DNA of 64,000 bases from Thermoanaerobaculaceae bacterium (GCA_963778565.1 CAVZUZ010000012.1:1400827-1464826); one strand, 5' to 3'; positions 1-9,914 are shown, numbered from the stretch's first letter. Made by a program: numbers and translations. The notes: generated by a model from the letters alone, not told the origin.

Positions 1-241
1 AGCGCCGGTGAACAAGAACATCTTCACCATGAGCAACCGCGAGAAGCGGCGCCTGCGGATCGGTCAGCTCCCGGCCAACCTGTCGGAGGCCCTGGACGAG
101 ATGGAGAAGGACGAGGTGGTCAAAGACGCCATGGGCGACCACATCGTCGAGAACTACCTGCGCGCCAAGCGTCAGGAGTGGGCGGACTACATCTCGCACG
201 TCCATCCCTGGGAGCAGGAGCGGTATCTGGCGGAGTATTGA
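1..241 (+). CDS. glutamine synthetase, C-terminal fragment (gene starts upstream of window)
   Basis: ORF 8..241 translation ...LPANLSEALDEMEKDEVVKDAMGDHIVENYLRAKRQEWADYISHVHPWEQERYL matches the conserved C-terminal region of glutamine synthetases; open frame continues to position 2. Confidence 0.6.
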   Translation, partial: APVNKNIFTMSNREKRRLRIGQLPANLSEALDEMEKDEVVKDAMGDHIVENYLRAKRQEWADYISHVHPWEQERYLAEY

Positions 242-313
242 GCCCTCACTCCCCCAACCCCCTCTCTCCCGCCCCCTCCCTCCCCACCTCCCCGGGAGAG
301 AGGGGGTTTCGCC
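241..313. repeat. partial copy of GGGAGAGG/CCTCTCCC-rich MITE/REP-like element (see 51493, 54277, 55457)
   Basis: agccctcactcccccaaccccctctctccc...ccccgggagagaggggg shares the left-arm motif gccctcactcccc..cccctctctccc with three downstream elements. Confidence 0.5.
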
Positions 314-316
314 TGT

Positions 317-1675
317 TCAGGCTCGCGGACCTGTGGGCACGTAGTCGATCGGCAGGATTCCGAGCTCGCCATCTTCCAGCACGTCCACGGTTTGCTCGTG
401 GATGTCCTGTTGGATGGCCCCTCCCGCGACAATGCTCTCGTCGATGGTGACCCCCCGGCGCACCTCGTGCCGGTCGACGAGCTGGCGGTCCTCGGACGAG
501 ATCTCGACGCCGTCCTCGGTGAAAAAGGAGTAGCGCTCCCAGAGGACGGTGTGGCGGATGGAGACCCGGTCTTCCAGGATCCAGCCATCCCCGATCACAG
601 CGTAGGGGCCGAGCGTGACGTTCCGCCCGACGATGCAGTTATTGCCGATGACGACCGGTGGGATGATGTTGACCCGCGAGAAGTCGATCTTGACGTTGCT
701 GCCGAGATAGCCCCAAGGCAGCTTCTCGTAAGGCAGATCGATCCTGAGCTCGCCGTCCAGAAGGAACTCGTTGACCCGCAGGTAGTCCCGCTTCTGGCCG
801 ACGTCGAACCAGGCGCCATCGTACTGCAACCCCCACAGGAGGAAGTCCTTCGGCAGCGAGACGTAAGGCAGGCCGCCGAGCATGGCCGGGAAGACGTGCT
901 TGCCGAAGTCGTAGAAAGGCTCCGGGATGTCGGACCGGGCCTCGGTGCGGAGGGGATCGAGGATCTCGAGCAGCTCCCGCTCGATCATGTAGATCGAGGC
1001 GTTGTTGAGATTGCTGGGCGAGTCGGGGTCCTTCTCGCGGAACTCCTGAATGCGCCCCGACTTCGAGAGCTTTCCGGCGAGCTCCTCGGGATGATCGAGG
1101 AGAACCGTGCCGAAGTCCTTTCGCCGGTCCCAAGGGACGGGGACGAGCACCACGGTGAAGGCGGAGCCAACTCGCTTGTGGATGTCGTACATCTCCTCGA
1201 GGAGCTCGGAGCCGAAGTTGGAGACGATGTCGCCGCTGGGGACGATCATTGTCGAGCCCCGAAACTCCCGACCGGTAGGCATGGTCTCACCGGGGAAGAC
1301 CTGCTTGGCTTTAACGCCCAGCGCTTGCTTGCACACTCCGCCCAGGGTGCCGCTCGGAATATCCTCCTCGACGTACTGGATGCTCGCCCCGAATTTGATC
1401 CCCTCTCGGAAGTAGCGCTTGATCGTGTCCTTGAGCACGCAGAGGTTCATCGACAGGTCCGTGATCCCGGAATCCACCATTCTCCGCACCCAGACCTCAG
1501 CCATGGCGACCTTGCCGCCGAGCGGGAACAGCGGTTTGGGGAGATGCTGGGCCGTCAGCGGGTCCATGCGCTTGCCCAGTCCCGCGGCCAGGATGGCGCA
1601 TTTGAGGTCGTTCTGGACGCCTCGCTGGTAGGTCCAGGAGCGCTGCCAGAAGGTGGGGTCGAATTGGATGGGCAC
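317..1675 (-). CDS. sugar-phosphate nucleotidyltransferase with C-terminal left-handed beta-helix (GlgC/GlmU-like NDP-sugar pyrophosphorylase)
   Basis: 452 aa; N-terminal AILAAGLGKRMDPLT nucleotidyl-transferase glycine-rich loop; C-terminal hexapeptide-repeat region (IGNNCIVGRNVTLGPYAVIGDGWILEDRVSI). Confidence 0.6.
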   Translation of the reverse strand: MPIQFDPTFWQRSWTYQRGVQNDLKCAILAAGLGKRMDPLTAQHLPKPLFPLGGKVAMAEVWVRRMVDSGITDLSMNLCVLKDTIKRYFREGIKFGASIQYVEEDIPSGTLGGVCKQALGVKAKQVFPGETMPTGREFRGSTMIVPSGDIVSNFGSELLEEMYDIHKRVGSAFTVVLVPVPWDRRKDFGTVLLDHPEELAGKLSKSGRIQEFREKDPDSPSNLNNASIYMIERELLEILDPLRTEARSDIPEPFYDFGKHVFPAMLGGLPYVSLPKDFLLWGLQYDGAWFDVGQKRDYLRVNEFLLDGELRIDLPYEKLPWGYLGSNVKIDFSRVNIIPPVVIGNNCIVGRNVTLGPYAVIGDGWILEDRVSIRHTVLWERYSFFTEDGVEISSEDRQLVDRHEVRRGVTIDESIVAGGAIQQDIHEQTVDVLEDGELGILPIDYVPTGPRA

Positions 1676-1864
1676 GCAAGGGCTCCTATGGTCACTTTGG
1701 ATCAGGCGGGCAAGAGCCTACACGAATCGACTCGCCGTGGCTCCCGTCTTCTAGGATCGGGTCACTTCTGATATTCTCCTGCTGGAACCTGGAGTTTCCC
1801 TCACGGGCTCCTGACCGCGGTTGATACTCTGCCACTACCCAGAACCCACCGCCATTCCTGAGCG

Positions 1865-2905
1865 ATGAGTATCCTTCGTTCCCCTTACCCATCCGCCTCC
1901 AGAGAGAAGCGGTCTCCCGCGCCGCTGGTCCAACCCGGTCGTGATGAGCGGAGTCAAACGCTGCCCTCGTTTTCAATCCGGTCGTTTCTGGAGATCGCCA
2001 TTGGCCGACCACGGAGAGCGATGCTCTCCATCCCCGCTCTCGATCGGGGGGAAACGCGTTGGCATACCAAAGATCTGGTGAGCTCCGGACCGGTCGAATC
2101 CGGTGGAAAATTCACTCTTGAGGAGCATCTCCAAGGTGCGCTGGATCGCGGACGGATTTCCCCAGGAGTTCCGCTTCTGATTCTGGGATTGCGCAATAGC
2201 CTCGTCAATCCGCGTGCGATCATCCAAACGATGGGATCGATCCTGGCGATCGAGGACGAGAACCCCGCCCGCAGCCGGCGGCCCTACTACGGGCTTCTCT
2301 ACGCGAAGGACCGATTCCAAATGGTGGAGCGGTCGAAATTCGGAGATCTTGCGACCGACGGAGGCTTCTTCTGCTCCGGGGTTCCAGTGCTGTGGGACGA
2401 TCTCGGAAGCGAGGATCTCTTCGAGCGAATCCTCGTTGAAGCAGCAGACCATTCCCACGTGTTCAATCTGCCCCGCGGCAACCATCCACTCGCCTCTGAC
2501 GCCAGCCGTGGCGCTTGGCAGGCTCTTCATGATGCCTTCCTTTCCACTCTCCACGAGGAGACCAGGGTCGCCGCTCGCACCATGCGGCAAGCCTTGCTCG
2601 ATTTTCCTCGCGCTCTCGGGCGTTGCGATACTTACCTTCACTCGATTTTGGGAGTCGACCGGCGAGGCCATCTGGTCAACGCCGTTGCTTACGGCCGCCT
2701 CGAGGATCTCGGGCGCATGGCTGCTGCTCGAGGCTGCCGGCGCGCGGTCTGTGTGGAAAATTCCGGCTCGGTCATGCCGACCTTCCTGCCTCAAGGTTGG
2801 CCCGGTCCAATCGTCCCTCTGTTGCGGGCCCCCAACTTCCGGCCGAAGGGTCGCGTTCTGTTGCTCATCGAGCTCAGCGACGAAAGCTTCGGCGGGTTGA
2901 GCTAG
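1865..2905 (+). CDS. hypothetical protein (lower-GC island)
   Basis: 346-aa ORF; GC3 higher than the competing antisense ORF 1973..3103; co-directional with the two following genes; no recognisable motif. Confidence 0.4.
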   Translation: MSILRSPYPSASREKRSPAPLVQPGRDERSQTLPSFSIRSFLEIAIGRPRRAMLSIPALDRGETRWHTKDLVSSGPVESGGKFTLEEHLQGALDRGRISPGVPLLILGLRNSLVNPRAIIQTMGSILAIEDENPARSRRPYYGLLYAKDRFQMVERSKFGDLATDGGFFCSGVPVLWDDLGSEDLFERILVEAADHSHVFNLPRGNHPLASDASRGAWQALHDAFLSTLHEETRVAARTMRQALLDFPRALGRCDTYLHSILGVDRRGHLVNAVAYGRLEDLGRMAAARGCRRAVCVENSGSVMPTFLPQGWPGPIVPLLRAPNFRPKGRVLLLIELSDESFGGLS

Positions 2906-3071
2906 CCAGCGGCAGTCTGGTTCATACCTGGAAGCCTTGCTCCAGGTCCGACGGTGACGATCTCGACAAGGAAACAGAGGCGGGTTCCTTCTCTGGTGAT
3001 CCGCCCTTCCCTTGCGGAAGGATATGGTTTCGCATATGCTAGACTCATAACCAGAGAGCTCAAGCCAGGTC

Positions 3072-4478
3072 ATGGTGAGCACAGATCCCATTCTCCCCGC
3101 CAAAGTCGGGAAACTGGCTAATCCCCGACCATTCCTGAGCTGCCACGTCTATGGAGATCCACCCAGAGTCTTCGCCGCTTGGCCGGGCAGGTTGGGCGCT
3201 CTGAAGGAAGTCGAGTTCGGGCTCAAACTGGACATGGAGCTGGATCATTGGTTGCGTCTTTGCCTGCAGTTGGTGAGACCTGAGAAGCGACAGGGCCTCG
3301 GGTCCGTCTTTCGCACCGATTTTGGCGACTTGGACGAACCGGGCGTCGCCCGGACACTGCGAATTCTCCGTGGCATCGAAGCCGCGCTTCAGGGATCCAA
3401 CTCCTTCTATCCACTTATCAATAGATCGATGGCAGCCCTGAAGCCCCATATGGACGCCCTCCTCGATCCACCGGCAAGGATTCCGGGCGGTTTCGAAGAT
3501 CCGGCCTGGCAGGTTTCTCTTCCCCTGCTGCTGATTCGTGCCGCGGCTTGGTCCCAGACCGGATGGCGTCAACCCTATCTATGGGAGGCCTATTCGGCGT
3601 GGCATGCCAGGCAGGCTCACGAGAGAGAGGGTTGGCTGGAGAGAGCTGGGCGACAGTTGCTCGTCTACCTCGTGCGCTTTCAGTCAGCCCCCGGCCAGTA
3701 CGTCCGCAACACCGGCGATACGCTGTTTCTCAAGAAAGCTCAAGAGATTTCGGATCGTGTTCAGCTTGAGCCGAAGTTGCTTCTCACTGCCCTGGGAATC
3801 CTCGCCCATGCCCAAGAGCTCCGCAATGTGATTCTGGAGGCGGAATCACCAAGCAGAGCCCCTATCCAGGGACCCTTGGAAGAGGAGCGAAAGATTGTAG
3901 CTCGCCATGCGCATCGAAAAGCGCCTACCGGCCTCGGGGATTTCTGGGAGCTGGTGGACGGCTGGACTCGCGGATCTCCAGTTTCCTGCAAGCGCAGGAG
4001 CACCTGGTCCTATTCACGTCGGCTGTTCCCTTCTCTGCTTCCCCGCGAATTGGCTGATTTTCAGACCCTTGTCGAAGAGAAAAGACCAGAGGTTACAGCC
4101 TTCTCCTTCGGTCGTGACTACCGCAGCGAGGCGCAGCAGGAGGGCTTGATAAAGGCAATTCACAAGACTCTGAGATCGCGAAAAGACCTGGAGAAGGTAT
4201 TCACGTTCAATCCCATCTTTGTCCCAGACTGCTTGCAAGAGCAGCATCAGGAAACGCTTATCGAGATCCGCCTACCGGATGGTGTTACCGCCGCCGCCAT
4301 GGTTTTCCGCGACATGGAACCCAGCAAGCGACTGACGAAGACTTCCGCTCGCGCGTGGGAGATCTACTCCATGCTGTTTGCGATGGCGGAGAGGCAGCAC
4401 CTGATCGACTGGACCGCCATTGATACACATGCCATGCATACGCGTAAGCAAGGTAGGACTCCGGAAGCCAGAAGATAA
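3072..4478 (+). CDS. hypothetical protein (lower-GC island)
   Basis: 468-aa ORF with protein-like composition; same strand and tight spacing with neighbours; no recognisable motif. Confidence 0.45.
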   Translation: MVSTDPILPAKVGKLANPRPFLSCHVYGDPPRVFAAWPGRLGALKEVEFGLKLDMELDHWLRLCLQLVRPEKRQGLGSVFRTDFGDLDEPGVARTLRILRGIEAALQGSNSFYPLINRSMAALKPHMDALLDPPARIPGGFEDPAWQVSLPLLLIRAAAWSQTGWRQPYLWEAYSAWHARQAHEREGWLERAGRQLLVYLVRFQSAPGQYVRNTGDTLFLKKAQEISDRVQLEPKLLLTALGILAHAQELRNVILEAESPSRAPIQGPLEEERKIVARHAHRKAPTGLGDFWELVDGWTRGSPVSCKRRSTWSYSRRLFPSLLPRELADFQTLVEEKRPEVTAFSFGRDYRSEAQQEGLIKAIHKTLRSRKDLEKVFTFNPIFVPDCLQEQHQETLIEIRLPDGVTAAAMVFRDMEPSKRLTKTSARAWEIYSMLFAMAERQHLIDWTAIDTHAMHTRKQGRTPEARR

Positions 4479-6729
4479 GAAACCTCTTCGGTACTGCCCG
4501 ACGGCGCTCATCGGTCGATTCCTGGAGGTCGCCTATCGGCTCCGTCCCGCCGACTGCGTTTCGATCCCGATCAGATTGAATGGTGAAAAATCTCTTTTCC
4601 TCCACCTGCCCAAGATGCCTGTAGACTTGCGCCCTCGCCGCCAAGAAGTCCAAGCAGCGGCTCGCTACGTACCAGCCTGGGTGTTGAACCAAATCATGAT
4701 GCAGGAGGTCACGAGTTGTCAGATTGCCTTAGAGGACTTGCAGGAAAGCCCGGAAGGAGAATTCTGGCGTGAGGAGATTGAGCAGGCGATCGGCGAGAAC
4801 CATTTCAAGATTCTCCTGCATCCGTACCTGAGTCATTATCTCGCAGAACCCAGTCAAGTCCTGCTGGACCAAGGGCACGCCGATCTGTTGCCGCCGCTCG
4901 AATCGGCTTCAGCCGATCCGGGATCGGAGGTCCAAGCTCTCCTCGAGGCCCTCAAGGCAACGGCAGGACTGAAGTCGAGATCCGTAATCGCTGGCGTCGA
5001 TATTGGCGGGACCTTCGTCAAGATACAGTTCTACCAGCTCGAGGAAGGAGAGGAGGGCGAGAGCCGGCTGAGTTCATGGGATCCAGGTATCCGCATGCTC
5101 ACGGCGGCTCCATCCAGCCGGCCGGACGAAGATCCGCTGGTGAACCTCAGCAGCTTTCTGGATCGCCTTGGCGACCGCATTCAAGCCGAGATCAAGGCGT
5201 TGCACCTGCCGGAGGTCGATGCCGTCGGTGTGAGTTGGCCAGGGCCGGTTCGACGGCAACGGGTGCAGGGAACGAGCGGCCTCCTCGCTCAACTGGGTTT
5301 CTCCCGCGATATCCCGAGGAACGATATCGGGCTGATCATGAAGATGGATATCGTAGGGGGCCTGGCATCCCGGATCTTCGGTGCCAAGGACGGCGTTCGC
5401 AGGACCGTCACGCTCATCAATGACGGCAATGCCCATGCTCTGGGAATCCTGGCCGAAGCTTACGTCGGCCGTAGGCTCAGAAGCGGTGGCGACGCGGAGC
5501 TCGGAGTCGTCTTGAAGGCGGGGACTGGAACTGCCGGCGCTCTGATTCTCAATGGACTGCCGGCGCCCGGCTTGATGGAGTTCGGCAAGCTGGTGGCGAA
5601 TCTCGCCTATGAATGCGTCTCGACGCCTCAGTACCCAAAGGGGGTCGCTAATGAAGTCTGTTCGAAAAAAACACTCCCGGCGCTGATGCAGGATCGGCTG
5701 AAGCATCTCGAGAAGCTCGAGCCGCCCGTCGAGAGCGTCGAGGTCGGCAGGCTCGCCGAGGTGTCCCAGGCACTCCAGGATGAGTCTTTAGAGCAAGCTC
5801 GTGAGGTGCTGAGCGACTTGATCTGGGACTCAGGAAAGATCGCGGTGGCTGCGCTTCTTGGCAAGATCGATCCTGAGCTCGACGTGGTGGCGCTCGAGGA
5901 GCTCAACTCCCGGTGGTCGGCGGACTCTCACCAAGCGTTGCGTGAGAAGGTGATTCAGAATCTGGCCCTGGGCTGCACGGGCGACGAGGATGGAGTGGCG
6001 GCTTTTCGTGAACGGATTCGGGCTTATGGAGAACAAAGGTTACTTCTGCTGCTGGACGCCGGAAGCAACGCGCGGAAACTCATCAGTCAGCTCTTCGAGG
6101 AAAGCAACGGCGACGATCAGCAGGTGAAAGAAACCTTAGCGAAACTCAACGACACTGCCAAGGCAGCCAAGGAAAGCATACGAAAACTGGGAAGCTACAT
6201 CGGCGATCTTCTGGCGTTGCTTTATTACACTCACCGGATGAGGTATGCAGTGCTGGGTGGCGGTGTGCTCGCTCAGACCACCGGTCTCATCGCGCGCGAA
6301 GCGGCCATTGAGCGGCTCAACAAATACAACGAAATCAACGCGTGGTCAGTGGATCTGGCAGGGAACCTCGGAGTCCGTTTCTTGGACGGTGAGGATTCAC
6401 CTGCTTCCACCTCTAAACACGATCCCGGTACTTTGGGCGCTGCTCTTGCCGGAGGGCTCGAGTTACTCCGGCAGAAACGCCTGGAGGGATTGAAGCGCGT
6501 GATCGAAATGGTTCATCGGCTTGAGCTGATGAAAACCCTCGAGATCACGGAAACCGAAGTAAAGGCGCAAGATGCACCGGTTCTGAGCCTTCAAGGCTTC
6601 GCGCTGGACGCGGGTGCCGTGCGGCGGCACCTCGATCAGGCATCGCCACGGCTGGGTCTCGTGCGCACCTTGACGAACGATCAAGATAAGAATCGAAAGT
6701 ACACTTACACCCGCTGGCTTGCCGGCTGA
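4420..6729 (+). CDS. large protein with central ROK/ASKHA sugar-kinase-like domain plus N- and C-terminal extensions
   Basis: 769-aa ORF; GVDIGGTFVKI (ROK GIDIGGT-like phosphate-1 motif), LINDGNAHALG (ROK NDANAAALGE-like), C-terminal AVLGGGVLAQT typical of ROK end; true start probably downstream of 4420 (overlaps previous gene by 58 nt). Confidence 0.5.
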   Translation: MIHMPCIRVSKVGLRKPEDKKPLRYCPTALIGRFLEVAYRLRPADCVSIPIRLNGEKSLFLHLPKMPVDLRPRRQEVQAAARYVPAWVLNQIMMQEVTSCQIALEDLQESPEGEFWREEIEQAIGENHFKILLHPYLSHYLAEPSQVLLDQGHADLLPPLESASADPGSEVQALLEALKATAGLKSRSVIAGVDIGGTFVKIQFYQLEEGEEGESRLSSWDPGIRMLTAAPSSRPDEDPLVNLSSFLDRLGDRIQAEIKALHLPEVDAVGVSWPGPVRRQRVQGTSGLLAQLGFSRDIPRNDIGLIMKMDIVGGLASRIFGAKDGVRRTVTLINDGNAHALGILAEAYVGRRLRSGGDAELGVVLKAGTGTAGALILNGLPAPGLMEFGKLVANLAYECVSTPQYPKGVANEVCSKKTLPALMQDRLKHLEKLEPPVESVEVGRLAEVSQALQDESLEQAREVLSDLIWDSGKIAVAALLGKIDPELDVVALEELNSRWSADSHQALREKVIQNLALGCTGDEDGVAAFRERIRAYGEQRLLLLLDAGSNARKLISQLFEESNGDDQQVKETLAKLNDTAKAAKESIRKLGSYIGDLLALLYYTHRMRYAVLGGGVLAQTTGLIAREAAIERLNKYNEINAWSVDLAGNLGVRFLDGEDSPASTSKHDPGTLGAALAGGLELLRQKRLEGLKRVIEMVHRLELMKTLEITETEVKAQDAPVLSLQGFALDAGAVRRHLDQASPRLGLVRTLTNDQDKNRKYTYTRWLAG

Positions 6730-6750
6730 GCCCTCCCTGGTCCTCGGGAC

Positions 6751-7317
6751 TTACCGCCTACTCAGTCCGGTGTTTCCACCTAGCTCTTGCACGATCTCCG
6801 CCAGCTTCGGAGCCGCCAGATCCTTGGCACTCAACAGGGGCTCCTCGACCGGCCATTCGATCCGGATCTCCGGATCGTTCCAAGCAATGCCAATCTCGTC
6901 CTTGGGATCATAGAGCTCGGTGCACTTGTACAGCACGTGCGCCGTTTCCGAGAGGACGCAGAAGCCGTGGGCGAAGCCCGGCGGGATGTAGAGCTGGCGG
7001 AAGTTCTCCCCCGAGAGGATCTCGCCCACCCATTTGCCGAAAGTGGGGGAGTCCGGCCGGATGTCGACCGCCACGTCAAAGATCTCTCCGAGGACGGCAC
7101 GCACCAGCTTGCCTTGGGGCCGGCGGAGCTGGGCGTGCAGACCGCGGAGCGTGCCGCGGGACGAGTAGGAATGGTTGTCCTGGACAAAGGGCTCGCCGAT
7201 GCCCCCCTGACGATATTTCTCCAGGTGGTAGGTCTCGAGGAAGAATCCCCGATCGTCAGGCCATACGTCGGGCTTGACGAGGATGACGTCCGGGAGGCTG
7301 AGACGCTGGAACTCCAT
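6751..7317 (-). CDS. rmlC: dTDP-4-dehydrorhamnose 3,5-epimerase
   Basis: MEFQRLSLPDVILVKPDVWPDDRGFF...FRQLYIPPGFAHGF...LYKCTELYDPKDEIGIAWNDP is canonical RmlC; ATG at 7317 chosen instead of the upstream R/S-rich extension of ORF 6751..7521. Confidence 0.85.
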   Translation of the reverse strand: MEFQRLSLPDVILVKPDVWPDDRGFFLETYHLEKYRQGGIGEPFVQDNHSYSSRGTLRGLHAQLRRPQGKLVRAVLGEIFDVAVDIRPDSPTFGKWVGEILSGENFRQLYIPPGFAHGFCVLSETAHVLYKCTELYDPKDEIGIAWNDPEIRIEWPVEEPLLSAKDLAAPKLAEIVQELGGNTGLSRR

Positions 7318-7321
7318 TCGC

Positions 7322-8410
7322 TCAGCCCTTGATGAGCCCCAGACGCTCGCGGCCGTACTTGCCCGTCTGCACGGCTTGGCACCAGGCGCGGTTGTCGAGA
7401 TACCAGCGCACCGTGGCGCGCAGTCCCGAGGCGAAGTCGTGCCGCGGCGCCCAGCCGAGCTCGCTGCGGATTTTCGTGTCGTCGATGGCGTAGCGGCGAT
7501 CGTGTCCGGGCCGGTCGGCAACGAAGGTCTTGAGCTGACGGTAGGCGGCGATCCCGCTTGCGGCGAGGGCGGGATTGCCTGCCGCCGGCCGCTCGCCTTC
7601 CAGGGCGTCGCAGATGCCGTCCACGATCTCCAGGTTGGTCCGCTCGCTGCGGCCGCCCAGGTTGTACTTTTCCCCCGGCAGGCCGCGCCGCAACACCTCC
7701 AGGACGCCGCGGCAGTGGTCCTCGACGTAGATCCAGTCGCGGACGTTGCCGCCGTCGCCGTAGATGGGCAGCGGCTTGCCCTCCAGGGCGTTGAGCACCA
7801 TCAGAGGGATCAGCTTCTCGGGGAACTGGTACGGGCCGTAATTGTTCGAACAGTTGGTGAGGAGGGTCGGCAGTCCGTACGTCTCATGGTAGGCCCGCAC
7901 CAGGTGGTCCGCGCCGGCCTTGGAGGCGGCATAGGGGGAATTGGGCGCGTAGGGCGTGATCTCCGCGAAGGCGCCGGTGGGTCCCAGGCTGCCGTAGACC
8001 TCGTCGGTGGAGACGTGGAGGAAGCGGAAAGCGCGGCGGGCCTCTTCACCGAGGCCCGTGAGATGGTGGCGGGCCGCTTCGAGCAGCTCGAAAGCCCCCA
8101 CGATGTTGGTCTGGATGAAGGCGCTGGCGTCGTCGATGGAGCGGTCCACGTGGCTCTCGGCGGCGAAGTTGACCACGGCTGTGGGGCGGTGCTCGGCGAA
8201 GATCCGCCGCACCTTCGGGCGGTCCGCGATGTCTCCGGTCAGGAAGGTCAGGCGCGGCTCGTCGAGCACGTCCGCCAGGTTCTCCAGGCTGCCGGCGTAG
8301 GTGAGCTTGTCGAGCACGAGCACGCGGGCGTGCGTATCCGCGAGGGCGAGCCTCACGAAGTTACAGCCGATGAAACCGGCTCCGCCGGTGACGAGGAGGA
8401 TGTCTGCCAT
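7322..8410 (-). CDS. rmlB: dTDP-glucose 4,6-dehydratase
   Basis: 362 aa; [19 protein letters not shown] Rossmann motif, [15 protein letters not shown] (YxxxK), very high similarity pattern to RfbB/RmlB. Confidence 0.9.
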   Translation of the reverse strand: MADILLVTGGAGFIGCNFVRLALADTHARVLVLDKLTYAGSLENLADVLDEPRLTFLTGDIADRPKVRRIFAEHRPTAVVNFAAESHVDRSIDDASAFIQTNIVGAFELLEAARHHLTGLGEEARRAFRFLHVSTDEVYGSLGPTGAFAEITPYAPNSPYAASKAGADHLVRAYHETYGLPTLLTNCSNNYGPYQFPEKLIPLMVLNALEGKPLPIYGDGGNVRDWIYVEDHCRGVLEVLRRGLPGEKYNLGGRSERTNLEIVDGICDALEGERPAAGNPALAASGIAAYRQLKTFVADRPGHDRRYAIDDTKIRSELGWAPRHDFASGLRATVRWYLDNRAWCQAVQTGKYGRERLGLIKG

Positions 8411-8457
8411 GGATTCAGACCCCGAGGGCCGCGCAGCCGGGGAAGTATATTCGACCT

Positions 8458-9267
8458 ATGACCCTGCTCCAGATCGTCGTGCTCGCCATCGTACAGGCCG
8501 TCACGGAGTTCCTGCCGATCAGCTCTTCCGGGCACCTCATCCTGGTGCCCTTCTTTCTCGGGTGGCCCGATCAGGGCCTCACCTTCGACGTCGCCACCCA
8601 CGCCGGCACGCTGCTGGCGGTCGTGGTCTACTTCCGCCGCGACCTGCGCGATCTGATGGCGGGCCTGTTCACCGGCCGGCCCGCCGCCACCGGCGAGTAT
8701 TCCCCCCGAGCCTTGGCGTGGTGGATCGCCCTGGGCACCGTTCCGGCAGGGCTCGCCGGGCTCGCCTTCAAGGACATGATCGAGGGGCAGGCCCGCAATC
8801 CGCTCCTCATCGCCTCGACGGCCATCTTCTACGGCCTGCTTCTTCTCCTGGGGGATCGGATCGGCAGACAGTCGCGGGAGATCGGTGAGCTCGGCTGGCG
8901 AGAGGCGCTCCTCATCGGCATCGCCCAAGCCCTGGCCCTGGTCCCCGGCACCTCCCGGTCCGGAATCACCATCACGGCCGCGCTCCTGCTGGGCTTCACC
9001 CGGCCGGCGGCGGCCCGCTTCTCCTTTCTGCTGAGCATCCCCATCACCGCCGTAGCCGCCGCCTTGAAGCTCGGGGAGCTGGCCGTGACGGGGACTACGG
9101 CCGGGCAACTCTTCCCCATGGTACTCGGCGCCATCGTCTCGGCGGGAGCGGGCTATGCCGTGATCGCCTGGCTCCTGGCGTGGCTGCGCCGGCGAAGCCT
9201 GGCGGTGTTCGTGGTCTACCGTGTGCTGCTGGCGGCGGTGATCGTGGCGACTCTGGTCCTGCGCTAA
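8458..9267 (+). CDS. uppP: undecaprenyl-diphosphatase
   Basis: 269 aa; VTEFLPISSSGHLIL and multi-TM profile typical of UppP/BacA. Confidence 0.85.
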   Translation: MTLLQIVVLAIVQAVTEFLPISSSGHLILVPFFLGWPDQGLTFDVATHAGTLLAVVVYFRRDLRDLMAGLFTGRPAATGEYSPRALAWWIALGTVPAGLAGLAFKDMIEGQARNPLLIASTAIFYGLLLLLGDRIGRQSREIGELGWREALLIGIAQALALVPGTSRSGITITAALLLGFTRPAAARFSFLLSIPITAVAAALKLGELAVTGTTAGQLFPMVLGAIVSAGAGYAVIAWLLAWLRRRSLAVFVVYRVLLAAVIVATLVLR

Positions 9268-9285
9268 AGAGAGGGAAGATTCATA

Positions 9286-9314
9286 TTGACAAAAGCAAAT
9301 ACATCGTCTAGGAT
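9286..9314 (+). promoter_or_regulatory. sigma-70-like promoter (TTGACA-17-TAGGAT) driving a roughly 65-nt transcript that ends at the terminator at 9354..9387; candidate small RNA
   Basis: TTGACA at 9286..9291, 17-nt spacer, TAGGAT at 9309..9314; AT-rich local context in an otherwise GC-rich genome; downstream hairpin ggaggcaaatcctcc then intrinsic terminator. Confidence 0.35.
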
Positions 9315-9353
9315 CAAGGATGCGGGGAGGCAAATCCTCCTCTCATCCCTCCC

Positions 9354-9387
9354 AAAAAGGAGCGCGTAGGCGCTCCTTCTTTTTTTC
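9354..9387. terminator. bidirectional Rho-independent terminator
   Basis: aaaaa GGAGCGC gtag GCGCTCC ttcttttttt: perfect 7-bp GC stem flanked by an A-tract and a T-tract, between convergent uppP region and gene 9423..9914. Confidence 0.8.
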
Positions 9388-9422
9388 TCCCTGACTCCTG
9401 TGGGGACCGGGTGGGCCACCGG

Positions 9423-9914
9423 TCACGATCCTTCCTTCACGACCACCTCGATCTTGACTTCCCAGCCGCGACACCGCCCCTCGCGGTACAGGAACGAGGC
9501 TGTCTGCCGGCCGGGCTCGTCGAACTGGACGAGGAAAAGCTTGTCTCCCTCTATGCTGCCGAGGCACCGGCCGGAGCTGACCTTGCAGTCGATCTTCTTC
9601 AAGCCTATACAGTTGGCGACGCGCCCGTCCGGGAGCGTCCAGCCGTGCTCCGCGCGCACGTAGAGCAGACCCCGGACGACGGTGAGCTCCCAGCCCGGTA
9701 CGTAGACCTCCGGGCCGAACAGTCGCGCAGGCCGTTGCGCAGGGGCTGCGCTCGCGAGGAGAAAAAGGCAGGCGGCGAGGCGAACGACGCGCCGCCTGAA
9801 ACCCCCGGAGCGGAACACCCGCCCCGCGCGGGTTGCCTCGTAGCCCTCCCTTTCGACCAGCCCGGCCAGGTAGCCGAGCCTCTTCGATGAGGGCCAAATT
9901 TCAAGTCCTCGCAT
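9423..9914 (-). CDS. hypothetical secreted/exported protein
   Basis: 163-aa ORF; hydrophobic LAACLFLLASAAPAQ signal-like segment; true start may be internal (about 9790); the competing ORF 9343..9897 is R/G/P-rich junk. Confidence 0.4.
   Translation of the reverse strand: MRGLEIWPSSKRLGYLAGLVEREGYEATRAGRVFRSGGFRRRVVRLAACLFLLASAAPAQRPARLFGPEVYVPGWELTVVRGLLYVRAEHGWTLPDGRVANCIGLKKIDCKVSSGRCLGSIEGDKLFLVQFDEPGRQTASFLYREGRCRGWEVKIEVVVKEGS

Noticed and set aside
392-1771. 459-aa plus-strand ORF
   Set aside because: It is antisense to the nucleotidyltransferase gene and gives a D/V/L-rich non-protein-like translation.
1973-3103. 376-aa minus-strand ORF overlapping hypothetical gene 1865..2905
   Set aside because: It has lower GC3 than the plus-strand ORF and would overlap the start of 3072..4478. 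The plus-strand co-directional operon interpretation is preferred, though with low confidence.
8353-9333. 326-aa minus-strand ORF
   Set aside because: It is antisense to uppP and R/G/D-rich.
9343-9897. 184-aa minus ORF competing with 9423..9914
   Set aside because: It is an R/G/P-rich translation. The alternative frame has a signal-peptide-like segment and a more protein-like composition.
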